Source: the human T2T-CHM13v2.0 reference genome, Homo sapiens. From it: a DNA stretch of 64,000 nucleotides. Positions 1 through 12,463 of the stretch are shown here, in pieces. Under the pieces are notes generated by a model. The model was not told the origin of the DNA. It saw nothing but the letters and a program-made list of their open reading frames with translations, and did not search any database. Location: assembly GCF_009914755.1 (NCBI RefSeq), contig NC_060938.1; one strand, given 5' to 3'. Each line of letters starts with the position of its first letter. The stretch's first letter is position 1. The translations under genes and the position numbers were made by a program.

Positions 1-507
1 GTGGGCATTACAATGTGTGCCTCATTTTAGAATGGGCATCACAACAAGCTCTAGACTGTATAGATGCCTAGAAGCTTCACTGAAAGATGAATAATATATA
101 TATTACTTGCCTTTTCCTCACTAAGGCACATATATATATATACATATACGTATACATGTATATATTTGACTTGTCTTTGGAAAGTGTATGAATATGATAC
201 CTATTCACTTTGAATGTGGAGAGATGAGATCATGGTTTATATTCTGTAATAGAATCACTTATTTGCATTTTAATGATATGCCATGGAAAGGCTGTAATTC
301 TAACATTAGCAAAAATGCATTAATGTAAAATGGCAACATTAGCCTGAGATTTAAGCAACAATGAGTATGCATTCACATTATTCAAAATGTGTGAAGTGTG
401 TGTGTGTGAGTGTGTGTGGTCCCTTTGAGATCTACTTTTACATTTTATTGCTTTTACACCCTTAGAATTATTTGTGAGGAAAATATGTGTGCTAGAAAGT
501 GATTTAG

Positions 508-931
508 TGTGTTGACAGGTGGCTCCCCAAAAAAGATATGTTCACATCCCAGGATCTGTGAACGAGACCTTATTTGGTAAAGGGCTGTTTATACATGTAG
601 TTAAACTAAGGTTCTTGAAATAAGATTATCCTGGATTATCCAGATGGGTCCTAAATCCAATGGCAAGTGTCCTTATCAGAGACACACAAAGGAGAGGCAC
701 ACAGAGAAGAGGAAAAGCTATGTGAAGACAGAGACCAAGAAAAACTTGCAGCCTGGAGAAGCTGGAAAAGATGAGAAAGGATTCTCCCCTAACCCTTCAC
801 AGGCAGTACAGTCCTGCCGACACCTTAATTTCATACCTCTGGCCTCCAGAGCTGTGAGAGAATAAATTTCTGTAGTGTTAAGCTGCCAAGTTTGTGGTAA
901 TTTGTTATGGCAGCCCTGGGAAGCAGATATA
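508..931 (+). mobile_element. MaLR solo LTR, MLT1C/MLT1D-like
   Basis: Typical MLT1 text: ccccaaaaaagatatgttcacatcc...gattatcctggattatccagatgggtcctaaatccaat...cctccagagctgtgagagaataaatttctg...gttatggcagccctgggaa. Confidence 0.85.
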
Positions 932-934
932 GTC

Positions 935-1800
935 ATCCATAAACATTTAACTTCAGCACATTTTCCAATGGAAATGATGCTGTGTATTTGGGGCATAAAA
1001 AATGACTATGGTGTAATGTCTTTTCCTAGAGGGCAAACAGGCACATATACAATTAACTCAGTATAGCAATGCTGAGTTAGCAGTATAAGGGGAGCACAGA
1101 AGAAGAAGTGATAACTTTTGGCAGGATTATTCAGGAAATGTCAAGTGGTCTGATGCGGTTGGAGTATAAGCATGCATGACAGAGAGGGACAAGAGATGAG
1201 AATATGAAAGAACATAGAGGGAAGACTGAATAATCTTGATTACTGTTTTAAAGAGTTTAGGACTTCATCCTGTGGATTTGGAATAGTCAACCTTGAATGA
1301 CAACTATTAGAGATAGGTAGTTGCTGTCTGGAGTTTAGTGTTTAGATGGATTGTGAAGCATATTGGGCTCATTTATTCACTCATCAAAAATTTAGTGAGA
1401 ATATGTTATGAGCCAGTACTATGAAAAGGACTTGGAATGACAAAGTAGACCCTGCTTCATTGAGCATATAAATGAAAGGAGAAAAAGAACCATGGGCATG
1501 TGGGGAGAAGACATGTTTACAATTCGTTTACCAGCTATGCGTTAAGAAATGCGGAGCTATTGAGGGTTTGCAACCGAGTAGTGACCTGAATATAACTGCA
1601 TGTCATGGAAATCATTCAGTTATTGAGAAAAATGTATTGCTCTGGGAAAAGAACAGAGGCCAAGAGATCTACAAAAGACTGTTGTAATAATCTGGGAAGA
1701 AATTATGAGGTCTATCATTAGAGGAAAAGCAGTGGGAATGGAGAAGAATTGTCAGAGTAAAATTGTATTCCAGAAGCAAAATTGATTGAGTCCTGTATTT
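935..1800 (-). mobile_element. Degraded L2 fragments
   Basis: L2 3'-end-like cattcactcatcaaaaatttagtgag...gccagtact and aagagtttaggacttcatcctg blocks; boundaries approximate. Confidence 0.5.
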
Positions 1801-1858
1801 AACTGGGCACAGAGAGTGAAGATGTTGCAGAAGCCTCTGATTATTTTAGCTTAGGTTA

Positions 1859-2538
1859 TTACCGATTGAAGACATCCCTGATTATAAAATGCACCATTAT
1901 TTTGTGTATCACTAAGAAATAAAATCTCTATTAAACTCTGACATAATACTTTATTGCTTAGAATTTTTATGTTGAACCAACTGAAAGAGCTATTTTAGAT
2001 TTATTTAGACAGAGGTTTTAGAAGTCATATTTCACTCTTGTGGAAAGGAATATGTAAGCAAAATAAATCAGTTAAAACATTTCTAAAACACTTTTACATT
2101 CAGAATCTAATTCTTAGAAATCTCTTACTCAGAATTGTCAAAATCCATATTTTTCCATATATTATTGTCCTCAGTGCCAACAAGAGTTCTCCACTATTGT
2201 TTCTGAGATTTTCTTTGAAGTTGTAAGCTTTGAAGCTGGCACTTTGTTGACTTACAAGAAGGTGTCAAAAGAAAGCTTTTAGACAATGTCTAGGATTTAT
2301 ATGACTTCAAGCGATTCTTAAAACTTTTCTTGACTAAAATATCAAGGAATTACCATTGTTCAGCTATATCAACTGGAATAAGTAAGACATTCATACTTGC
2401 AGTAGCAATGAAAACTGTATTACAACTGTGTCCTAAGCCAACAACAATTGCAAGATGTCATCAATTTAAGTCATATCCTGATTCCAGAGCTTGAAAATGG
2501 GGGAGGAAAAGTGCACTGTAGAATTGATAAAATATGGA
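1859..2538. mobile_element. Old TcMar-Tigger-type DNA transposon (Tigger13a-like)
   Basis: Begins taccg...gattataaaatgcaccattatttt; ends gcaagatgtcatcaat...aaaagtgcactgtagaattgataaaatatgg, resembling Tigger termini. Confidence 0.55.
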
Positions 2539-3409
2539 GAATGATGATATTAAATAACATAGGCAACACAGGGATGGCAAAGATTCAAATTAAATAATTT
2601 CATTGTCATTTAAGTGGAAACACGAATGTCCTACATAAACTCTAAGAAAATTATAAAGTAATATGTGATAATGGAGATTTTGAACATATCCTTCCTTAAA
2701 CTATGTGCTATAATATTTTAGTGAGATTACTTTGGTAAATTGGTGAGTTAATAAAGTGTATGTCCATTTGTCTGAAATGTATACCGAAGCTCCCTGTATT
2801 TCCTTTCTTAGATACTCTTCTAGGGAGGGTAATATGCACCTTCTTTGACAAATCACACTTGGGCCAGGCAGCAGGATGCACAGAAGCACTCCTGGCTGCT
2901 CCTGTAAAGTACTGGATCTAAAGAAAAGGGCAAGCCTCATAGGTGCACTCACCAGGCTCCGCTTGACACCTAGAAGATTTTCATTTTTAAAAAACCATTA
3001 AGCTCTGTTAGATTTGTCAGAGCCTGTACAAAAAGTACTTTTTAAAAAATGAAGGTTATTTAGGCTGGTTTCCATTACCTGCCATTTGAAGAATTTTAAG
3101 TGACAATCTAACGAGGGTTAGAGGAAACCAGGCAGTGAAGAAGAAATTTAAACTGCTCTTTACTTTGTATTACTTTTTAGTTAGCAAAGTTTTGCAATTA
3201 CTAGTCTCATCTTGAACTCATGTATTTCAACTATAGTTTTTCTGTTCATTTTTCCTCATAACATTAATAGCAGTGAATGAGGAAGTAGTTATTTTTAATT
3301 CCAAGTTGACACCTTGAAAACATAGTAAAACAGATGGTTTTTCAGCAAAATTTAATTAAGCAGTAATAAACTTATATGATAAGTGGGAGTGGATGTCATG
3401 TGCCCACTT

Positions 3410-3613
3410 TGGAGAGTTAGACAAAACTAAGTTCAAAGAAGAGCATTACGACCTCCTCAGTGCATGAATTTGGCAAGTTACCTAACTTAGTTGAGCTTTC
3501 AGTCTTTATTTGCAAAATGGATATACCAATATTTTATTTGTTTAGATTAAATAAGATAAATAATATAAAATTCCTTGTACATAGAAGGCACTTCCGTAAG
3601 TAGTGGCTACCAT
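3410..3613 (+). mobile_element. MIR SINE
   Basis: MIR core ttggcaagttacctaacttagttgagctttcagtctttatttgcaaaatgg. Confidence 0.75.
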
Positions 3614-3730
3614 ATCAGCATCAAATAGCTCAGCCATTAGAGGAACTCCTTAGTTTACACAGGGCATCTTTACCTTTGGGGTCTGAAGGGGCATCAGCAA
3701 GTCAGGGTAGATAAGATTTACCTGCTTTGT

Positions 3731-4080
<350 letters not shown>

Positions 4081-5181
4081 CTAGTATTATTTAACTTGTT
4101 CAATATGCCAGCTAGTTACCTGCTGTTTTGCTTTTTCCATTACTGCTTTAAAAATGTCATAAAAATCCATCATTGCTGGGATAGGAAGCCAGTTTGGATA
4201 ATTTTTTTAGTGCTTTGCTTTCCAATGGTGTTTTATTTTTTGACTATCAAAATAAGTTGAATGGTTACTATAGCAAATTATAAAAATTACGGGGCAAATT
4301 TTTAAAAGCATAAGAAACAACAAGTGATAAATAAGCTGTGAAGTACATTTCCATCTTTATTGACATCACTGAATCCTGCCTTGTGTCTATTTGTGGTATG
4401 ATGAAGAAACAGTGGGAAAGCAGTCCCTATGTCTGAAATATTGCCCTTTCCTGTGTGTTGAATACAACTCAGTTTAGAAAGATGGCTTAGATGCTGAGAC
4501 TACATGGAGGGATATAGGTTCTAAATAGAGGAGTTGAAGGTTGTCCCAAGATAATGTTTAATTATCTCATACATTGCATTGCACATTCACTCACTTTATC
4601 CTCTAATGTTTTTGTCTGAAAATGAGAGGTGAACACATTCAAAATGTGGTATGATTTATTATTCTTGGCAACTGTTGAGATTCTTAATCCCACCTACTAG
4701 AATTATACTGAAAATTTTCAGAGTTATATGTCACTCACTGATAAAAACTAATTTGACTTTAGGTACCAACGTACTTGTCCTTCCAACAATAACTTTTTTT
4801 GAGATGAGTTGTGTGCATTTTGTGGGGATAAAGAGATAAATGCAAGTAATTGAAAAGTGCAATTTACATATGTAATTTAATTTTCACTTAATGGCTGAAA
4901 TTCAAAATGAGAACAAATTCACTGTTGTGGTTTGATTTTAGGTTTTTTAAACAAGGTTGTACGTCAAGTGTTTTAACTCTAGTTTATATAAGTTAAACAA
5001 AGACAAAATAAAGAGAGCTTTACATTGATTAGGTCTCCCCTTTATGGAATTCAATCATTAATAGTCACCTTTAATTTTATGTTTGCCAAAGCTAGAACAA
5101 AACCAAACATAACTGATATGTATTAGAGAAATATTTAATGGTAAGAAATGACCTTGTATTTTTAGAGAAAGATATAAAGAG

Positions 5182-5183
<2 letters not shown>

Positions 5184-5225
<42 letters not shown>
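5184..5225. repeat. (GT)n microsatellite, about 21 units
   Basis: Uninterrupted GT run. Confidence 0.97.
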
Positions 5226-5226
<1 letters not shown>

Positions 5227-6153
5227 GGGGGATAAGTATGTACAAAAAATTTAATCTTTAAAAATGAATGTGTTTCAAGGAAAGGGTGGAGAAGCTGACA
5301 AGAAGCAAATAGAAATGTGAATGCATTGGTAAAGCAGGAGTTCAGAATACAATCAGATAGATATTTTTGAAGATAAATTTACTTACTTTTTTGAATAACA
5401 TGTTTACTTCCTGAAATGCAAGTTACCTTTTTTTCTCCTTCAATAAAACTTGTTTATCTTGTTCTACAGCAGCCAAAGGCTCAGAGAGAAATAATTTCTC
5501 CAGAATGTTTTGTTCTGGAAAACAGGGTCATTTAAACACCTGGTAACCTGCTGAAGCCTCAAACATTCATAGCCCATAGCCTGTATATAGATGAAAGGAT
5601 TTTCAACCTTTTGATATTCACTACCATTTCATCTTTGAAGAGAAGAATACTTGCCTAATTATATTTTTTAAAGAAATATGGATGTTATTTAGCCACTGGG
5701 TTGGAATAAACTTGGATATTTCTTTTGTGTTCTGTGAACTTCTACCCTGCTGCTGAGTATAGGCAAATACTCTCACATTTCTCAAAAGGTATGCAGCAGT
5801 ACACTAGCCCTTTATACCATGTTCTTTAAAAAAAAAGTATTATGTGACTTAAATGAGTTTGGGATACATTGTGAATAATGGTCTCTTTCTCAGGATTTCA
5901 TATCTTAAATGCTCCAAGAAGCAGTGCTTTAATGAAACATATTTAGCTTTAACATGGCAACTCCAAAATGTCTTTGACCATTAATATAAAAAGAGAGACA
6001 GAGAGAGACAAGACATAGTCTGTCTTTACATACACTCTACTTTTCTTCCTCATCATACAGTTTTTTCCTCTGCTGATGGGGCAGAAGAGAAAAGGAAAAT
6101 ACCAATGTCTGTTTAACAGACTGTCTTTACAAGTGGCTATAATTTCTATTCAG

Positions 6154-6247
6154 GTTATCATCATCATCTTGTAAAAGAAGTGGTGGCTTTGTTAAGGGAC
6201 TCACTCCCAGCAGCTTCTGGCTTTGGTGGCCCATCAGAAACTTAGCT
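6154..6247 (+). other. Candidate spliced exon (94 nt)
   Basis: Acceptor aatttctattcag| and donor gct|gtaagt in non-repeat DNA. Confidence 0.3.
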
Positions 6248-8249
6248 GTAAGTTTTTGCTGACTGGTAGCTGGCAATATCATATTGTTTTCCTCTGAAGC
6301 ATATGCTTCTCTGTATTATGTTGTCACAGTCCCTTGCAAGGCTAAAACCCCAATCTCATCTACCTACTGAGGCCAACTCGTGAGTTTCAATCTTCCATGG
6401 GAACTGGTGACTTGGAGAAGGGGAAGTCCTGGACCATTTCACCTGGTTCTGCTAAATGCCACCTCTCAAGATGCCTTTCAGAATGGTGGCTGGCCCCCCA
6501 AACCAGCTTTTCCTGAACTCAGAGCATGGACTTTTGGTGTCTTTGTTTCTCTGCTGTGGCCCCCAGGCCAATTCTAGCACTGATCAACTAACAACTCCTT
6601 GCTTCATGAACAACAGAAATAATAACCCAACAGTTTGCACAGCATATTACAGAACTGTTTAACTGAGGAATCCCCATTTTCACCCTAAAAAAAATTCTGG
6701 GAAATAGTGTATTTAGCCATATTAGGTATGATAGAATAAAATATACCAGTTATACACTTCACACCATAAACTTCTTTTCTAAGAAGTCCAAGAAATAAAA
6801 CTCCTCTTTCTCCCCATGTTTTGTCACTTTGTGTTTGGAAATCCTAGCATCAGTCTCATTAATCCTCTTCAGGGTTGTGTTATGTCTTTGAGAGATGATG
6901 TGGCAACAAGGTGATACGGTAATGGGGAGAGGGACATATAGGATATTGCTAGGATGTTCATTGATTTAGTCAGCAAGGCCTTTAAGGTCTAGGCAAACCT
7001 TTCATCTTCTCTGCTACTCTTAGAACCTGGGATTCCCTTTGGGACACTGCTCAAGATCCTGTTTGTCTTCAGCCATATTCTCAGAAAGTTATTCAAAGCA
7101 ACACCATTTTCTCCTCCCATCCCTCTGATTCAAGGACATTTTATCAAGTTTCCAGGCATTTTTCTCCCTCATGTTTCTGTCCTAGATATTTAATCTATGT
7201 TTTAAATCCTCTTACATCCCTTCTCTGAGACAATAAAGACTATCTTTTATTTGTCTTAATTGAGGGAGTGGAAAGAAGGAAAAACTGGGGCAGGAACTAT
7301 ACCATAATAGCAGAAAAAAATATTATCTTGACACATTCTTATAAAAATTCTGTTTTTCTGCTAATAAATTTTACTTTTCATCTAGATGTTACCCTCCACC
7401 CCATCTCAAGAGTGTGAGACATGTGTCTCTGGCCCCAAACAGATTTTTGAGGACTGTAACTCTTACTCTAATAGCAGTGGCTGGCTGTGTGGTGGTTTTT
7501 CTCCACATGTGGAATACAGGAGCCTCATTATAGGAGAGACATATCACCTCCTTTGTCTGTGGGTCACTATGTGTTCCCTCAGGAAGGTCACAGTCCTGCT
7601 TCATAGGAAGCTCAGCTATAGGTTCAAGTGGAATGTTCCTTGTTTGGAATAAACCCTTGGCAGGCCTCACATAATTGGTGGGAAGTTGAGGCAAGGAATT
7701 GGAGGTGAGGAACAATGGGCAGTTCTCCAACCTGACTCCACTTATAACTTTGTCTTCTTCATAGAGTTCTGGTGCCAGAAAAGAGAAGCGATTGAGCCTG
7801 GCTCTTGGGAGCCAGTGAGGCTCCACTCTCTGCTCCTGGTCTCATTTCTTGAGATTCCTACAGCCACCTGTATCAGCAGACCAAAAGTTGCAGCAACCGA
7901 CACCTCCCTGACTACTATATCCCCAAACATGAAAAGATTAGCCCTGCAGTCTTTGAAAGGGGAACGTTTACCCTAAAAAAGTCCATCTGCTCCATAATCA
8001 TGGCAAAAAGAAGAGTGCTTACAATTTTCTAAATCTCAGAAATACGATGCTGTCATGCCATGCTGAGCAGAGTTCTCACTAGGAATTCTCCCCTTATTCT
8101 TAGTGTCTCCATTGGTGCCCACAGGCCACCACATGGGAAGCAGCTTTAGTGTTTGCCCTTTTGGGGGAACACAACTATTGCTTTTCCTTGGGCCAGGATT
8201 GGGAGTCTGGTCCATCAGGCTTCCCATAAAGCTAGAAAAATGCCAGTCA

Positions 8250-8829
8250 ACATGTCACATGTATACATATGTAACAAACCTGCATATTGTGCACATGTAC
8301 CCTAGAACTTAAAGTTATATATATACACGTATATACACGTATACGCGTATATACGTGTATATACACGTATACGCGTATATACGTGTATATACACGTATAC
8401 GCGTATATACGTGTATATACATACGTATATACACGTGTATACACGTGTATATACATATATACGTATATATACATATGTATATACGTATATACGTGTATAT
8501 ACGTATATATGCATATACACACGTGTATATATGCATATACACACGTGTATATATGCATATACACACGTGTGTATATGCATATACACACGTGTGTATATAC
8601 ACGTGTGTATATGCATATACACACGTGTGTATATGCATATACACACGTGTGTATATGTATATATACACGTATATACGTATATGTATATATGTATATATAC
8701 ATATATATACGTATATGTGTGTATATATACGTATATATGTGTACGTATATGTGTGTATGTATATATATGTGTGTATATATATACATATATATATGTGTGT
8801 GTGTATATATATGTATGTATATATGTAAT
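8250..8829 (+). mobile_element. Extremely 5'-truncated L1PA (about 66 nt of 3' end) with tail converted to a tandem repeat
   Basis: acatgtcacatgtatacatatgtaacaaacctgcatattgtgcacatgtaccctagaacttaaagt matches the L1PA 3' terminus; exact 15-bp TSD gaaaaatgccagtca at 8235-8249 and 8830-8844. Confidence 0.93.
8316..8827. repeat. Complex alternating purine-pyrimidine micro/minisatellite
   Basis: TA/CA/CG/TG dinucleotides only; 3 copies of a 28-mer (8331-8414) and about 6 copies of a 22-mer (about 8505-8652). Confidence 0.97.
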
Positions 8830-9171
8830 GAAAAATGCCAGTCAGGACTTACAGGTGTGCTGAGAGCCCATGATAGTGCAAGAGCCTGAGCCAGTGTCCC
8901 TGGAATCACCCAACTTGTGCTCAATTCTTTTTTATTTTTTTTTTTCAATTCCGCATTGAAAATAAGGATTTAAAAATCATCTTTAAAGTTTGCATTTTTA
9001 TTTTCTTGAGAATCTTGCAATTTAGTGATGTCAGCAAATTGATAAGGCTACACTGACCTTTCTTCCTTTTCTATGCCCAGAGTTACAGGGCATTTTATAG
9101 AACTCTATGGCCAGTCTCATCACAGTCGACTGGTATTTCTGAAATCATTAATAAATGATGAGATCTTATAA

Positions 9172-9297
9172 AATGGTGGTTAAGAATGTAAGCTCCAAAT
9201 TGCTTGGATTTAAATACTCACTCTACCAGTTATTAGAAGTGTAGTCTTGTACAAGTTAATTAACTGCCACATGCTTTATTTTCTTCATCTAAAGTAG
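9172..9297 (+). mobile_element. MIR fragment
   Basis: atggtggttaagaatgtaagctcc...gtcttgtacaagttaattaac...ttcttcatcta. Confidence 0.65.
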
Positions 9298-9299
9298 CT

Positions 9300-10310
9300 G
9301 TATCCAATGTACTTATGATGAAAATGACACTGAAAATTTAAGTGACTAATAATGCATTTGTAACAACATAAAAAAATCAAATACTGAGGAATAAACTTAA
9401 TAGCATAAAAATCTGCAGACATAAAATTGTAAAGTACTGTTAGAAAAATTAAAGAAGACCTAAATAAATGAAGAGATAGACCATGTTCATTGATTGTATT
9501 GAAAATGGATCTGTAGATTAAATGCAATGCCAATCCAAGTGATATCTTATTTTGTTCTTTGTAGAAGTTGGCAAGGTAATCCTAAAATTCATATGGCAAT
9601 GCAAAGAAGTAGGGATAACAAGACCATTTTTAAGAAAAAGAAAAAATAATTAGAGGACTTTGTGATGTTAGCATAAGGACAGACTAATAGACTAATGGAA
9701 CAGAGTAGAGAATCCTGAAACAGAACTACACATATAATGACAAAAATGAAAGCCATGCAAAGCAGTGGGAATAGGGTGATCTATTCAATAAATTGTACTG
9801 CATCAATTAGATATTTATTTGGGAAAAATAATGAAATAATTTCTACTTTAAACCATGAAAAGTCAAGGGATTACAAATTGAATATGAAAAGTAAAGTAAT
9901 AAAATTTCTAAAGGGCACTAAGGGAGCATAGTTTCATAATAGGGAACAATTCTTAAATAGAACACAAAGAACACCATAAAAATGATGAATAAACTATACA
10001 ACAATAAAATCAAACACTTCCGGTCTACAAAAGATACAATTAAGAGGGATATGACAGGTCACAAAGGGGAAAATACTTGCAACACTTGTAACTGGTAAAG
10101 AGTTTGTGTCCAGCATATACAAGAAACTCCTACAGATCAATAAGCAAGTGACAGTACAATAAAAGATGGGGAAAAGATCTGAACAGATATTTCATAAAAA
10201 AGACACATATAACTATATGAGAGGCTTCTTGAACCTTAGACTTTAGAAAAATACATACTAAAACCACAATAAGATAAATATTAGTATATATATACTTTTA
10301 TGCCCACCTA
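9300..10310 (+). mobile_element. Old L1 (L1ME-like) ORF2 3' part and 3' UTR
   Basis: aaattaaagaagacctaaataaatgaagagatagaccatgttcattga, atggaacagagtagagaatcctgaaacag, aaaaccacaataagata. Confidence 0.8.
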
Positions 10311-10449
10311 GTATGTATATATTGTGTATAGTGTTTTATATACTGCTGGATACTATTTGCTAATATTATGGTAAAAATTTTTGTGGCTATATTTATGAGG
10401 GGTATTGGTCTACTGTATTTCTCTTGTTTTGACATCATGGTAATAATAG

Positions 10450-11579
10450 TGTATTAGTCAGGGTTCTCCAGAGAATCAGAACCAATAGGATCTCATTCTT
10501 AAAAAAAAATCAAAACGATTGAATTCATGGAGAGAGAGAGTACAGGAATGGTTAGTAGGTTCTGGGAAGGGTAGTGGGGGTCGAGTGGCAGGTGGGGATA
10601 GTTAATGGATACAAAAAATAGAAAGATTAAGATCTGGTATTTGATAGCACAACAGGGTGACTATTATTAAATTATTAGTAAATAATAATTTAATTGTACA
10701 TTTAAAAATAACTAAAAGAGTATAATAGGATTGCTTGTAACACAAAGAATAAATGCTTGAAGGGATGAATACCCCATTTTACATGATGCGATTACTACAT
10801 ATTGCATGCCTATATCAAAACATCTCATGTACCCCATAAATATACACACAAAATTAAAATTAAAAATTAAAAAAAGAACCAATAGGTTCTCTCTCTATAC
10901 ATAAATTTTAGGAGATTTCTCTCTCTCTCTCTCTCTGTCTCACTCTCTCTCATATATATATGTATATATATGTATGTATACATACACATATGTATGTATA
11001 TACAAATATATACATATACACACATATAGTTTCATAAAATAAATTGGGAATATATATGAGGATATTTATGATGGGAATTGGCTCACATAATTATGAAGGC
11101 CCAGAAGTCCCACAATATGCTATCTCCAAGCTGGAGAACCAGAAAAGCCAGTGGTGTAATTCAGTTTGAGTCCAAAGTCCTGAAAACCATGAAAGCCGAT
11201 GCTGCAACTTCCAGTCTGAGGCTAAAGGACTGAGAACCATATGTGTGAGGAGGAAATGCTGGTGTTAGTCCTGGAGTCTGAACACCAAGAACCAGGAGCT
11301 GCAATGTCCAATGGCCGAAGAAGATGAATGTCCCAGCTCAAAGAGAGGAAAAAAAAAACACAACAAAACTGCCCTTCCTTCAACTTTTTGTTCTATTCTA
11401 GCCCTCAATGGATTGTATCATACTCACCCAAATTGGTGAGAACATATCTTTTTACTTAGTGTATGGGTTTAAATGCTAATCTGTACCTACCCTCACAGAC
11501 ACACTCAGAAATAAAGTTTTGCCAGCAATCTGAGCATTCCTTAACCCAGTCAAGTTGGCATATAAAATCAATCATCACA
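10450..11579 (-). mobile_element. ERVL solo LTR, MLT2B-like, carrying an L1MA insertion and a (CT)n(TA)n tract
   Basis: tgtattagtcagggttctccagagaatcagaaccaatagga...ccagtcaagttggcatataaaatcaatcatcaca; 5-bp TSD aatag/actag. Confidence 0.9.
10495..10874 (+). mobile_element. L1MA 3' end (L1MA2-4-like)
   Basis: gtatttgatagcacaacagggtgacta...gtaacacaaagaataaatgcttga...A-rich tail; TSD agaaccaataggatctc (10478-10494) / agaaccaataggttctc (10875-10891). Confidence 0.9.
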
Positions 11580-11764
11580 ACTAGTTTCATAAAATAAACT
11601 GGGAATTGTCCCATTTTCTCCTATTTTCTGGAGGAATTTTGTGTAGAATTGGTGTTAATTCCCCTCTAATTCAAGAGTTTGGCAGAATTCTCCAGCGAAA
11701 TCATATGGGCATGAAGGTTTCTTTTTTGGTAGTTTTAAAATTATAAATTCCATTTCCTTAATAG

Positions 11765-12463
11765 TGTAAACTAAAAATAAAATCTTAAGCCCCCAGTGAC
11801 TGAATGGACTCCCTTTTAGCCATAGGGACCTCAGAGAAACCTTAAAACCTGAGTTCCCAGTTATGATGGGAAGGGTGGTTAGACATGCCTCATTTTACCC
11901 TCTCCCTTTTGGAATATGGACACAGCTGAACAGAATTAATGTTAAAATAGACATCATAAGACAAACAAAACAGGTTATTTGTGACAATAAGATACGAAAT
12001 TACAAAGAGGACCTAAAGCCATGTTAGGCAAGGATTAAGTCAGGCCTGCAGGCCAGGCCATCAGTTTTGCTAAACAAGTCATTTTATTGTGGCTGACTCT
12101 GAGAGGGCATAGTATCCTAACTTATATACTCCTTTTGGCTGACTCCAAGTTTCAGACAGAGCCTTACTCTTTAACTAACTGCAAAGTAAAGAATCTCTGA
12201 ATCCACCTATGACTGGTAAATCCCTGCTTCAAAATATCCCAACTGTTTGGGCCAAACTGATGTATACCTTCCGTGTATTAACTTATGTCTTTGTCTGTAA
12301 CTCCTGCATGTCTAAAATACATAAAACCAAATGTAATCCAACCATCTTAGGGCCACTTACTCAAGGCTTCTTGGGTTTGTGTTTTTCCCAGGCCATGGTC
12401 ACTCATGTTGGCTCAGAATAAACCTCTTAAAATATTATACAGAGTTTGATTTTTCCGTTAACA
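11765..12463 (+). mobile_element. ERV1 solo LTR, MER4 family
   Basis: tgtaaactaaaaataaaatcttaagccccc...ttggctcagaataaacctcttaaaatattatacagagtttg...gttaaca; 4-bp TSD atag. Confidence 0.9.

Larger units (their letters stand above)
7386..8854 (+). pseudogene. Candidate decayed coding exon A (possible N-terminal part of a TTLL-like protein), interrupted by an L1 stub/minisatellite
   Basis: Branch tgctaat, pyrimidine tract and AG at 7384-7385. GC-richer island. ORFs 7386, 7686 and 8103 share one frame with only 4 stops (7650, 7974, 7995, 8064) in about 290 codons once the 8250-8844 insertion is removed. Possible donor cag|gtgtgc at 8855. Hydrophobic segment RFLRTVTLTLIAVAGCVVVFLHMW (7441-7512) in the adjacent frame. 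Confidence 0.4.

Noticed and set aside
7386-8930. Eyeball resemblance of exon A to GAL3ST, NDST, METTL24, FKTN (+ strand), TMEM106C (- strand) and bornavirus N (EBLN)
   Set aside because: Mutually exclusive, short, need arbitrary frameshifts and lack the families' catalytic motifs. They show how easily this segment yields false matches.
8247-8948. Six long overlapping ORFs (114-233 aa) rich in Y/I/H/T/V/C
   Set aside because: Artefact of the alternating RY repeat, which cannot form stop codons.
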